Origin: the human T2T-CHM13v2.0 reference genome, Homo sapiens
Assembly (NCBI RefSeq): GCF_009914755.1
Contig: NC_060932.1
Reading direction: 5' to 3' (one strand)
Length of the DNA: 64,000 nt
In this document: positions 42,810 to 55,675 of the stretch, one piece after another
Position numbering within the stretch: the first letter of the stretch is position 1
Layout: the number at the start of each line of letters is the position of its first letter
Made by a program: the position numbers and the translations under genes
Notes under the pieces: model-generated
Database searches by the model: none
The model's input: the letters and a program-made list of their open reading frames with translations, nothing else
Told to the model about the DNA's origin: nothing

Positions 42810-43110
42810 AATTTTTTCTTTTTTTATTTTTGAGACAGAGTCTCACTCTGTCGCTGGTGCCGGAGTGCAGTGGTGCAATCTCGACTCACCTGCAGAGGCC
42901 TCCGCGTTCAAGCAATTATCCTGCCTCAGCCTCCCCAGTAGCTGGGACTACAGCCATGTGCCACCATGCCTGGGTAATTTTTGTATTTTTAGTGGAGATG
43001 AGGTTTCACCATGTTGGCTAGGCAGGTCTTGAACTCCTGACCTCAGGTGATCCACCCACCTTGGCCTCCCAAAGTGCTGGGATTACAGGCGTGAGCCACC
43101 GCAACCAGCC
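42810..43110 (-). mobile_element. Alu (AluS-like)
   Basis: Antisense dimer. Confidence 0.9.
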
Positions 43111-43369
43111 TGTCATTTTCTTTGGATATTACAATGGCCCATAAGAAAATACACTTGAACAAATTACAGATTTGTATGATTTCATAATAATATTATACAA
43201 ATTCATTAGACTAAATTACTAGAAACCTGCCAAGAAAACTTCCAAGACCTCAGTTAGACCTTACTCACTAGACTCTGTTAATAGCTTCCCTAAGAAGTCA
43301 TAAAGTGAATACAAATCAGAGCACATATTTAACGATTGTCCAATGGGTGAAGAGGACTAAAGACTTTTT

Positions 43370-43975
43370 TAAATTAAACTTTTTGAGATAATTATAAATT
43401 CATATGCAGTTGTAAGAAATAACACAGAGTGATCCTGTGCACCCTTTATCCAGTTTCCCCCAATGGTAACATCTTGCCAAACTATAGTACAACATCACAA
43501 CCAGGATACTGACATTGATATAGTCAAGATACAGAACATTTCCATCACCATGAAAAATCTCTCATATGTTGCCCTTTTTAGCTATTCCTGCTTCCCTCCC
43601 ATGCCAGTCTCTCCTTAACACCTAGAAAACACTACCTAGTCTTCCACTTCTTTAATTCTGTCATTTCAAGAATGTTGTATAAATGGAGCCATACAGCACA
43701 TACAGGAACCTTTTGGGATTGGTCTTTTCACTCAGTATAATTCTCTGGAGATTCATCCAGGGTAGCTGTGTGTATCCATAGTTTGTCCCTTTTTTATCCA
43801 TAGTAGTATTCCGTGGCATGGGTGTACCACAATATAACAGTTCATCTACTGAAGGACATCTGGTGTCTCCAGTTTTTGGCCATTGTTAAAGCTTCTACAA
43901 ACATTTGTTTGTATGTGACTGTAAATCTTCATTTCTCTAGGATAAATGGTCAGGAGAGCAACTAGTGAGTCGTAT
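43370..43975 (-). mobile_element. L1MC/MD-like 3' fragment
   Basis: gcagttgtaagaaataacacagag...cccaatggtaacatcttg...ctactgaaggacatctgg. Confidence 0.7.
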
Positions 43976-44175
43976 GAAGACCTGAAGATTGTGACTAAAA
44001 GACTGTTGAGCATGAAGATGTCTATTTCCCCCATTCAAGAAGAATGTAAGGTCATCTTTGGAGTCATGTGTCTCGGTGTCAGGTTATTTATGGAAGAACC
44101 TGTAGGACCAAGCATTTGCAAGGGCACAGGTGGATGTACTGGCATTTACCAAAGGGAGTGTTTAATAAGAACCAT

Positions 44176-46920
44176 TCTTCAAACAGAATTACAGGCACTA
44201 ATAAAAGTGTGAATAATGAACCAGTAATCTTTCAAGATTCACTGAGGACTGAGTCTGTGCCCCTGTGAATGGATGTGAAACCTAAGTAAACATAATGAAG
44301 CCTGCTTGGAGAGGTGGGAAAAGTAGCGGGGAGAGATATGTGATAGTCTGACTCTCCTGAAAGGCACTACTCTTAGGAGTGTACCATAGAGAGACAATTT
44401 TCTTGTCAGATGCTGTTAAAAAAACTTGATTACTCCACCCAGAATGTATATGGAGCTGGACTGCCTGGGTTTGAACCCCAGCTCAGCTACTTACTAGCTG
44501 TATGACTTAGCACTCAAAAATAAGCTATTATCCTTTTCAGGCTAGACACAGCTCTGGGGAGACAGTCCTCAGCCATACGGAAGAAAGCTTGCATACAGCA
44601 CTGATCCCCTGGTAACAGAGCAGCTTCTGATAATGGGGTGACATCTAGTTGGCAGTAAAGACCTCCAGGAAAGAAAAATAAAAGAACTGGTTCCTGGCAG
44701 AGGAAAAACCACATAGTCTAGTGCAAGAACAGTCAATATGGGAATAACCACGCCCCAGAAAGCATGCTGGTTGCTGACCAGGGCCCTGGTTCCCAAGGAA
44801 CAGTGTCCATGAGGAACAGTGTCCACTGACTGGTTCAGAGGCAGACTAGCTGGCATTGTTAAAAGCAGAACTTTGGGGGTCAGGTTTTTGAGGGCTGGTG
44901 TAGCCTGACATTTAAAACTCCTCACTCTGTGCTCTGTGGCACTGCCTGAGAGACTTGAAGATGGAGTCATTTATCCTTTCACATGACGCAGTCACTTAGA
45001 TCGCGGCAACAAGAGCTTCTTATGTCAACCAGCGTGATTGTCTCAACCCAAACAACAATAAAAAGGTTTTGATGGAAGCTTGTGATTCACTGACTTGATG
45101 AAAAGTCATGCCTAATTTTCTTTTATATCTCAAATTTTGGATCCACAATCTTAGGTCAATCTGTAAAACTTTAAGATATAATAGTATTCTTAATGGTTAA
45201 GGACTAATGGAGAGAATATATATACTTATAACTAAAAATTGTTCTATATCCAATATCAACAAGAATACATAATAGATGGATTTTTCATTTTGAAAGGCCA
45301 TTTGGAAAGGGAAGACTAAGTACCACATTCTTGCTTCAAATGGACTGACTACATTATGCCTACACAAGCAATTTTGGTCAGAGATCAAAGCACCAGACAT
45401 TTCAACAAAATGCAAGGAAAAAACGACATAGCTGGAAAGATATTCTGTCAGATCTTATTGCCTTTGCCATTTTCTAATGTCAAAGAAAAGTACTAAAACT
45501 GTAAAAATGAATGATACACAGTAAATGAAACCCCCAAATCTAGATTCTATCACTTGGTTATTCTTATCCTTTTAAGAGGATACAGCTGTTTCAAAATATA
45601 ATCTCAGAGAACTATAAAACAAAAATTTCCAATGAAGTCATTAAATCCTAACTGCTAGTACTTTAAAATTACTGTTCTTAAAACCTGAGCTCTGCAAAAA
45701 TCCAAAGATACTGGGCAAGGAAAAATGCCATGTTGAAAAGAAATTTAGCTGTGAGCAAGTAAGAATTTTAACAATTTAAAATCCTTCCCAAAACATTAAC
45801 AATATATTTCTTCAGTCTGCTTATCTTCAGCAGCTATTTAAACAGCAACTCTTTCTCTAATAGAGTGATCTTAATTCCCAAGGCCCACAGACATTGAGTC
45901 TAGGGCCATACTGCTTTAAGTGGCAGGGTGGGGCTTCATATTTAGCTTATATATTTCCAATATGCCCTGCAGCTGCTGTAAGTTGTCAAGATAACCAGGA
46001 GAAAACAGTTCATGTAAAACTTTGTTGCTTGTTCACAACTGTCCTAAAATTCCTGCCAGAATATGTTTCTAGAAGCCAAGAAATGGGTCTGATTTGTCTA
46101 TATATACTGGCTGACTGCAATGCCTGGCACATTAAGTTTCTTGAAGTCTAGACATAGGGAAATCCAATAATTCTTTCCTGAATGTACACTCGATTAAGTT
46201 CATTGTCACAAGATTTTAAAGTAATATTTTTTCTTATGACTAGTTCTGCAGTGCATTGTAAAAATTTTTAGGAAATAAATATGAAAAAAAAAGAAACTAA
46301 AAGCTGCACACAATCAACCATGAATCAAATTAATGATTCAACCAACCATGAATCAAAAATATTTGGGGAAAAAAATTGCATCTATACTGAACACGTATGT
46401 ACAGACTTTCTTTCTTGTCATTATTCCCTAAACAACACAGTGTAACAACTACTTCCATAGCATTTACATTGTATTAGGTATTATAAGTAACCTAGAGATT
46501 ATTTAAAGTATATGGAAAGATGTGCATAGGTTATATGCAAATACCATATCATTCTGTACCAGGGACTTGAGCATCTGTGAATTCTGGTATCTGCATGAGG
46601 TCCTGAAACCATCCCTCTTCAAACAGGGGTTTGAAGAGGATACTAAGGGAAGAGAAACCCATCCCTCTTCAAACAGAATTACAGGCACTAATAAAAAGTG
46701 TGAATAATGAACCAGTAATCTTTCAAGATTCACTGAGGACTGAGTCTGTGCCCCTGTGAATGGATGTGAAACCTAGGTAAACATAATGAAGCCTGCTTGG
46801 AGAGGTGGGAAAAGTAGCGGGGAGAGATATGTGATAGTCTGACTCCCCTGAAAGGCACACTGCTCTTAGGAGAGTACCACAGAGAGACAATTTTCTTGTC
46901 AGATGCTGTTAAAAGAAACT
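44176..46920 (+). repeat. ~250-bp dispersed direct duplication (44176-44426 and 46666-46920)
   Basis: tcttcaaacagaattacaggcactaat...cagatgctgttaaaa occurs twice, with about ten differences counted by eye. Confidence 0.95.
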
Positions 46921-46941
46921 GGATACTAAGGGATGACTGTA
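46334..46941 (+). mobile_element. MER2 (Tigger-family) DNA transposon fragment with a templated insertion near its 3' end
   Basis: gattcaaccaacc...ttgcatctatactgaac...catagcatttacattgtattaggtattataagtaa...agggacttgagcatc, with terminal ggatactaagggatgactgta. Confidence 0.8.
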
Positions 46942-49016
46942 TTCTATGTATGTACCATAATTTTACTGAATTCCTTAGCACATTAAAAAAGAATTTGTCC
47001 TGTATTTTTCCTAACACATAGATTCAATGATGTTTTTGGCTAACCAAAATGTAAAAAGAATTTTGTGATGTAGATGAAAGCTGTCTAATGTATGGCTGTG
47101 GAACCAGTCTCTGACCGGTGAATAGTTTTACTGTGACGTCAATCTTGATGCAATGCTTTCTTTGCTCACTGCAAAACTTCTAAGATTCTGGTTTATGGTT
47201 CATCCTAAACTAGGATGGACTTAAGTTCCTTATTTCTCTATTTTTTGGAAAATTGTATTAGAAGGGCCTAGGAAGTAATTTCTCACTGATCATATGGCTA
47301 GGGCCCAATTTTTAACCTTTTAGTGATCTGTCCTAAATAAAGATAAAATATGTGAATATTTATTTGGATTCTTTAAAAAAGGAAAAGAGTTGCTCTCTTT
47401 CTGTGGGAAGTAAATAAAAGGAGGAACTAAGAACACTATCCTTTTAGGATATCCCAGTACTATGAAGAACATTGGAAAGAAGGAGTTTATAAGCAGAATC
47501 TTCTGAATTTTATTTCCAAGGCTCAATAATAACAGAAGTTCAAATTTTTAGCAAATTTTTGGAGCAATTTTTAGGCAGATGTAGCTCTACCACAGACATA
47601 CATTTTTATTTTATATCCAACTTTGTAGAAAACACACATTTTGTGGTATTTCCAACATTTCAGTCTAATGTGGCTGTGTCTAAAATTCTTAACTTTTTGA
47701 TGTCTTCAATACAAAGCTATTAGTAACTTCATAATTAAAACTATTAATGCATAAAAATGAGGTTAATTTGAAGTATGTGAATTACACAATAATACTTAAA
47801 GACAGGCCACTAGCCAGGTGCAGTGGCTCATACCTATAATCCCAGCACTTTGGGAGGCCAAGGTGGGAGGATTGCTTGAGCCCCGGAGTTCGAGACTAGC
47901 CTGGGCAACAATGCAAGACCCTGTCTGTACAAAAAACAAAAAAGGCCAGTTCACTGAGTTAAGTTCATATAATAATTAAAACTCTGTTAATCAGATATTA
48001 CTTAGTAGATGTTCTTCTGGAATTAAGCTTAATGAAAAGAGAAAAAAGAATTTCCTGTTTGTTATGTCTGGTATTACTATGCAAATAATTGCTTGGCAAC
48101 ATTTGAGATACACAGTATTCTACATTTATTAAGTTATACTGCAGGCACAGTTCTAAGTGTTTTTCCTATAATAACTCATTTAATCCTCATAGAAACCCTA
48201 CAAGGTACATGCATACTATCACTATACTCATTTCATGAGTAAAAAAAAAAAAAGTCACTAAGTTTGTTTCATAAGATTTTTTGTTTAATGAATTAGCTTA
48301 GCAAATGTCTTCATCAAACATAAGGGAGAACATTAGTCTAGCATACACATTCCATATAACTCTTTACAATCATTTCATTCAAAGTGAACGTCTTCTTAAA
48401 CTGTAGAAACAATACCTGGAAATGTCTTTTACTTCACAGAAAATATTCTAGCACACATAAGCCAAATTAACTGTTTTTAATCATCTCATAAAAATAAGTT
48501 TTTAAAGTATGGGAAAATAACAATAAAATATTTTTGGAAAAGTCTTCTACTTCACAGGTGACTAAATTCTTAGACTCATCATTCTCAAGTACTTCCTACT
48601 GATTGGGATAACAAGAAAACACCTAAATTTTTCTTTCTCCATCAGGAAATCAAAAAACACCAACAACGATTTCTGATATATTTCTGGCAATATTTATATT
48701 GCTTAACTATTATTTGTTTGCATTATTAAAGTTTAGTTACAATTCAACTTTTAGAAAAGGTATTGGCTTAAGACAAATCAAAATTAATTGTTCACAAAAG
48801 GAATGCTGGTTATTTTGGATATTCTATTTCACATTCTAATATCTTAGTATTTTCCAAAATCTTTACTATGTAATTTTACCATGTTTAAAATTCTTAGCAA
48901 GGGACTTCCTCCTCAGGAGGTTTCCAGTTTATAGTCTATCATTACATAATAAAGTTACTTGATTCTTTAAAACTGTTTTTTTCTAGTTGCAACAGCACTT
49001 TATTTATATGGCCTAA

Positions 49017-49035
49017 GGGTGCCACCTTGTGGCCT
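49017..49035 (-). promoter_or_regulatory. Candidate CTCF site
   Basis: Minus strand GGCCACAAGGTGGCAC matches the CTCF core CCASYAGRKGGCR with one mismatch. It is a GC-rich spot in an AT-rich intron. Confidence 0.5.
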
Positions 49036-49469
49036 GCATAGGCTTCAAGTTCAACTTCAGCATCTAGTATGGCATAAGGTGAGAAGTCTGTACCTCCGAA
49101 GTTTCTCTGTTCCATTTCAAGTTATTTACCATAATTCTCACTAACTGTGAATTTGTGAAAATCCAAAATTGGGATGAAGTTCAATTTTCCTTTTAAAAAA
49201 ACTTTTCAAGAAAATTAATAGCAAAAATATGATTCCAGGCCTATTCAGAAATCTAAACCTCATTAAACCCACCTTAGCAGACTTTATATAAAGTGCTACT
49301 TAAATGGCATTCTAACTTATTCATTTATTGTGTTGTTTCAAAATATAAGAATTGTGAGTTTTGCAAAATATTCCTTATTTTCTAAATAGTCTACAAAATT
49401 TAAACCAGACTTCACCCTAAGTAAGTTTGAAGGTATGAGATTGTATTCTTAGAAGAAGCTTAACTGTAG

Positions 49470-50100
49470 TAGTCACGTGTCGCTTAATGATGGGGTATGT
49501 TCTGAGAACTGCATCGTCTGGTGCTTTCACTGTTATGTGAACAACACAGAGTGTCCTCAGGTGCCTACACAAGCCTAGAGGATATAGCCTACTACATGCC
49601 CATGCTATACATGACTATTTCCATAAAATTCTTAGAGCTGGAAGGCCATCCAACATCATTTAACTCAATCTCATTATTTTACAAATAAGGACACTGAGAC
49701 CAGAAAGGCTGTAACTTTGTTACTTTACATGCTACCGCTCATCCCCACACGTTCTAGTCCTATTCATGATTCACTGTCGAAATACAAAATGCAGTCATAC
49801 ACTGCATAATGACATTTTGGTCAACGACGGACTGCATATATGAAGGTGGTCCCATAAGATTAGAATATTCTTACTATAACTTTTCTATGTTTAGATACAC
49901 AAATATTTGCCACAGTATTAAAACTGCCTACAGTATTCAGCACAGTAACATGCTGTATAGGGTTGTAGCCTAGGAACAACAGGCCATACCATATGGCCTG
50001 GGTGTGCAGTAGGCTCTTGTATCTAGGTTTGGGTAGTAAGTACACTTTGTACACAAACAATGAAATAATCTAATGGTGCATTTCTCAGAAGGATGTACTG
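49470..50100. mobile_element. Two Tigger3/MER7-like fragments in opposite orientation (49470-49615 plus; 49792-50100 minus)
   Basis: agtcacgtgtcgcttaatgatggggtatgttctgagaa and cagtcat...ataatgacattttggtcaacgacggac termini. Confidence 0.65.
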
Positions 50101-53088
50101 CATCCTTCACACAAAACATACATAATGACAGTGGGTGGACAAGGGCCCTCCTCCCTACACTATAAAACCCTGGAGGATCTAGTGGACTTCTTTAAGGTGG
50201 GGTCTGCTGTGTGTGAAGCTATGCAAATCACTCTAGTCTACATTTACCATTTGTACATTTATGGCCTAGGTAAAACCTTAAAATTCAGAATTCTTTACGT
50301 ATCCTTATTACACTCACATCCTACCTCACTCACTCTGACCTCCAGGGGCCCTCATAAATAAGGATATACAACATAAGACAACTGGACAGCAGACTAAGGA
50401 GATGCCTTAGTCAAACTGTATTTTTAAAATGGCATGTTTGTAGAACAGACATGAAACGACTGAGAAACGGCAGAATGACTCATATGTGGGGTATTAGATG
50501 TATTTCTTCTCTCGCCACTGGAAATGTTGATTTAATGCTGAGACCCTTGGTAGAAAGGGAATAAATAGTCTTATATCTAAGGGAGTTGAGGAGTGTCTGT
50601 GGCTTTAAAGGGAATCTGTGGCTCTTTTCCTGCTGTCCCTGCTCTGGACTAGGGGTAACCTATTTTGGGAAGGAGTCTTTTTTGAGAGTAGGAAGTACAT
50701 GCTTAGAAATGGCTCCAGGTTCACAAAAGAAAAACAGATTCCCTGCCCCCAGGTTTTCTAGCCTAGTTCATGAGGATAGAAATAAATAAAGGATTATAGG
50801 CAGAAGTTGTAACTTTTGGCTAGTGCTTTCCTCATGCTGCCAATTAGGAAGGGGTGGGGCAAGAAGTGGAAGACACCGATATTCTAAAGCAGAGCTCAAT
50901 CACCAGTCCTGATAACTCCTTCAGCAGAGTAATTTCAAGCATAAGACAGCGAATTACAGCAATTCTCTTTCTGACTGAGCCCTGGCCTCTACACACAGCC
51001 TCTCCTATTAAAATGGTAATCTGTGAGTTAGCTCAGTTTACATGTGTGTACTCAGAGCATTCTGGAGAATCTTTCAGAAACGGGAAAAGAAGATGACAAG
51101 TTCCTATATCAGTTTCCCATGGAGCTATTTTTGCAAACTGCCCAGAGACCAGACACCTGCCCATTGTGACTAACATGGGAAAGAATTGTCAAAGACTATG
51201 GATCTTAAGTTTTAATAGCTACATAGCTCTTCCAGATTTGCTGCTTTCCAGGAAATGTCTTTAATAAACAGGCTTTGTTTGTTTAGACACTGTCAATTAA
51301 AACTGATTCCCAGTGTTAGCAACTGTTGATACAAACCTTATTTTCGTTTTAATTCTTATTCTCAATCTCAAAACCATTTAATATTTTGCGATTTGTTCTA
51401 TAACAAATACTAAGGAAACTGGGAATAAAATGGTAAATTTCTTTATATCAAAAAACAATTTTCTAAATGACTTGTAGATAGGAGCAGGACACAATATAAA
51501 ACTGTTAAGAACTTGTTTTTAAAAGTTTGAACAACTGCTAAACTTTCGTCCTTGTACTCAAGAGAACTACAGTGTTAAACAAAGATAATTATGATTTAAA
51601 AATTATTCTTTAAAATGCTGTCAGAAGATAATGGCTTCACAGTCTTCAAACAATAGGAGAGTAAGTTTCTTGTTTTTAAATAAATAAATTACACTCTCAG
51701 GATTGACGAGCTTTGGATTTGGGGAAATGAACTATAATATGAAATGTTATATCTTAAACTGTAGAGAAGTATAAGAAAAGACACACAAAAACAAATTAAA
51801 GGCAAACTTTCAGGTTTATGGTAGCTATTAAATTTACCACTAATATATCTGCATGTCTTCTTCAGTGATACTATCAAAATAAATCTATTCCAAATACATC
51901 TAAATATTTTTATTCAAATAGTGTCCTTTCATACCATGTCTCTCTGGCCCAAATTTTTCTTTTTAATTATATTTTATTGGATGGTTTCAGGAGTGTAATT
52001 GAAATCATTTAAAGATTAACCCAAGAGTTCTTAATGTCAAAGACCTTTATGTCCACATCACTTCCATCACTTAGTTGGACTTTGCACACTTAGAACTTAA
52101 CTCCACTGCCCAGATCTTGACCTACAACTACCTTTTATATTGCCTTACACTTTAGGAAATATTTCTCATTTATTCTCTCAATCTCTCCCTCACCCTCCTT
52201 TTGGCTACCCCAAGCAGCAAGAAATCTGCCCATACAACCATCCCTAACTCTCTTCAGTCAGCTTCTGGTTCCTTCTAAGGCTCAAAGCAGATCACTTCCA
52301 CTTCCACCAGGAAAGAAAATACCTTACTCATCCATGGGACCCGGACATAAAGAAGCAAGGACAAAGAACATAAGCCTAAAGTTGGGGAGGGGCCTAGCAA
52401 TTGGAGAAAAGACTATAATCAACATCTAGAAAGAAGTGAGCATTGGATCAAATCTCAGTGTCAGGATTCTGCTAACCCCAAAGTACAACTTGCTCGTACT
52501 CTAGACAAGGCTGAAGCAAGGAAAAACAATCAAGTGATCTTAAGTGATAAATAGCGAAGGCAGACTTCCAGACTTGAATCAAGAGATCCATGATCTGTGA
52601 ATTTATCAAGAATTATTTTTCAGGATAAGCACTAAGTACTAGACACCAATCAAAACGTTTGTATCTTAGGTCCTAACTCGGCCATTTTCTAAGGCACTAT
52701 CTTGAGTAGTCCAACTCTAAGAGTCCCAGTTTCCTCATTTGCAAAACTGAGATAATATCTGTCTTACCTACTTCACAATATTTTTGTACAGAACTTTGAA
52801 AACTATAATGAAATATACAAATATAAGATGCTATATATTTTTTCTTAGTTTCTTATTCCACATCTTGGTAACAAGTAAAAGGATTTCTGCCTTGAATGGG
52901 GTCAGAGGCAACAATGGGAGCAACTCATAGAGTCTGGTGCTCTTCACAGAGTGAACAAGCAGAGAAGCCCAAGGAGATAATAACAGTATTGTACACTGGC
53001 ACATGAGTATGTACATAGGGCAGATCAACAGTCCCAAATGGATATTTTGCCATGGCCTTAATATCATATCTAAAACCAGCACTCCAGA

Positions 53089-55675
53089 GGCTGGGTGTGC
53101 TGACTCATGCCTGAAATCCCAGCACTTTTGGAGGCAGAGGTGGGAGAATTGCTTGAGCCCAGGCATTCGAGACAAGCCTGGGCAACATAGTGAGACCTTG
53201 TCTCTAAAATATACATATATAAAAGTTAGGTGTGGTGACGTGCACCTGTAGTCCCAGCTACTCGGGAGGCTGAGGTGGGAGGATAGTGATTTAATTTGGC
53301 TTTGTGTCCTCACTCAAATCTCATTTTAAATTGTAGTCCCCACATATCAAGGAAGGGACCTGGTGGGAGGTGAATGGAGCATGGGGGTGGTTACCCCCAT
53401 GCTGTTCTCATGATAGTGAGGGAGGGCTCATAAATAAGATCAGACGGTTTTAAAATTGGTCGTTTCCCCTACACATTCTCTCTTGCCGCCATGTAAGATG
53501 TTCCTTGCTTCCCTATAACCTTCCACCATGATTCTAAGTTCCTTGAAGCCTCCCCAGCCATGTGGAACTGTGTATCAATTAAACCTTTTGTTTATAAATT
53601 ACCCAGCCTCAAGTAGTAACTTTATAGCAGTGTGAAAACAGACTAATACAGAGAATTAGTACCAGGAGTAGGGCACTGCTATAAAAATAACCTGAAAAAA
53701 TGGAAGTGACTTTGGAACTGGGTAACAGGCAAAGGTTGGAACAGTTTGGGGGGCTCAGAAGATATGGGAAAGTCTGGAACTTCCTAGAGACTTGCTGAAT
53801 GGTTTTGACCAAAATGCTGATAGTGATATGGACAATGAAATCAAGGCTGAGGTGGTCTCAGAAAGAGATGAGGGACTTTTTGGGAACTGGAGTAAAGGTC
53901 ACTCATGCTATGCTTTAGCAAAAAGACTGGTGGCATTTTGCCCCTGACCTAGAGATCTGCGGAACTTTGAACTTGAGAGAGATGATTTAGGGTATCTGGC
54001 AGAAGAAATTTCTAAGCAGCAAAGCATTAAAGATGTGGCCTTGATTTTTCTCAAAGTGAACAAATGTGTTCACGAAGAGATAATCTGCAATTGGAACTTC
54101 TGTTTAAAAGCGAAGCAGAGCATAAAAGTTTGGAAATTTGCAGCCTGACTGGTAGAAAAGAAAACCCCATTTTCTGGGGAGAAACTCAAGCATGCTACAG
54201 AAATTTGCCTAAATAACAAGGAACAGAATGTTAATAGCCAAGAAAATGGGAAAAATTTCCCCAAGGCATGTCAGAGATCTTCATGGCAGCCCCTCCCATC
54301 ACAGGCCACAAGGCCTAGGAGGGAAAAAATGGTTTTGTGGGCTGGGATCAGGCCCCTGCTGCTCTCTGCAGCCTCAGGATATGGTGTCCAGTGTCCCAGC
54401 CACTCCGGCTCCAGCCATGGCTAAAAGGGGCCAGACTACAGCTCAGACCATTGCTTCAGAGGGTGCGGGCCCCAAGCCTTGGCAGCTTCCATGTGGTGTT
54501 GGGCCTGTAGGTGTGCAGAAGACAGGAGTTGAGCTTTGGGAACCTCTGCCTAGATTTCAAAGGACATATGGAAATTCCTGGATGTCCAGACAGAAGTCTG
54601 CTACAGGGGCAGAGCCCTTATGGAGAACCTCTGCTGGGGCAGTGTGGAAGGGAAATGTAGGGTTGGAGCCCCCACACAGAGTCCCCACTGGAGTGCTGCC
54701 TAGTGGAGCTATGAGAAAAGGGCCACTGTCCTCCAGACCCCAGAAAAGTAGATCCACTGACAGCTTGCACCATGCATCTGGAAAAGCCACAAGCATTTAA
54801 TGCCAGCCCATGAAAGCAGCCACAGGGACAAAGCTGCTCAAGGCCGTGGGAGCACACCCCTTGCATCAGCATACCCTGGATGTGAGACATGGAGTTAAAG
54901 GAGATTTTGGAGTTTAAGATTCAATGACTGCCTGGCTGGGTTTCAGACTTGCATGAGGCCTGAGGCCCCTTTGTTTTGGCCAATTTCTCCCATTTGGAAT
55001 GGGAGCATTTACCCAATGCCTGTGCCCTCATTGTATCTTGGAAGTAACTAACTTGCTTTTGATTTTACAGACTCATAGGTGGAAGAGACTTGCCTTGTCT
55101 CAGATGAGACTTTGGACTTGGACTTTAGGTTAATACTGGAATGAGTTAAGACTTTGGGGGACTGTTGGGAAGGCATGATTGGTTTTGAAATGTGAAAAGG
55201 CCATGAGATTTGGGAGGGGCCAGGAGCAGAACTATATGGTTTGGCTCTATGTCCCCACCCAAATCTCATCCCAAATTGTAATTCCCGCATGTCAAGGGAG
55301 GGACCTGGTGGGAGGTGACTGGATCATGGGGGCGGTTTTCCCCATGCTGTTTTCATGATACTGAAGGAGTTCTCATGAGATCTGATGGTTTTAATAGTGG
55401 CAGTTTCCCCTGCATTTTCTCTTCCTCCTGTTGTCATGTAAGATGTGCCTTGCTTACCTTTCACCTTCCACAGGGATTCTAAGTTTCCCGAGGCCTCCCC
55501 AGCCATGAGGAACTGTGAGTCAACTGAACTTCTTTTGTTTATAAATTCTTTAGAGCAGCGTGAAAACAGACTAATTCAAATGGCTTGAGCCTGGGAGCTT
55601 GAGGCTGCAGTGAGCTGTGATCATGCCACAGCACTCCAGCCTGGGCAACAGAGTAAGACCTTGTCTCAAAAAAAT
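53089..55675 (+). mobile_element. AluJ-like element split by the THE1 insertion
   Basis: Alu sequence stops at GGGAGGATAG (53286) and resumes at GCTTGAGCCTGGGAG (~55583). Confidence 0.85.
53287..55578 (+). mobile_element. Full-length THE1 (THE1D-like) MaLR element: LTR 53287-53650, internal 53651-55231, LTR 55232-55578
   Basis: Two related LTRs ending GACTAAT(A/T)CA flank a typical THE1 internal sequence (GGAAGTGACTTTGGAACTGGGTAACAGGC...). It splits an Alu. Confidence 0.9.

Noticed and set aside
44796-44825. AGGAACAGTGTCCA duplicated; steroid-response-element-like
   Set aside because: Half-site spacing does not fit the 3-nt-spaced palindrome. Most likely a simple slippage duplication.
43980-45100. 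Non-Alu, moderately GC-rich block (donor of the 250-bp duplication) as a possible exon or ncRNA
   Set aside because: No recognisable ORF, splice pattern or RNA-gene motif. It may be an ancient repeat that I cannot assign without a search.
54228-54800. 190-aa ORF, the longest in the window
   Set aside because: It lies in the THE1 internal region and is a degenerate MaLR remnant, not a host gene.
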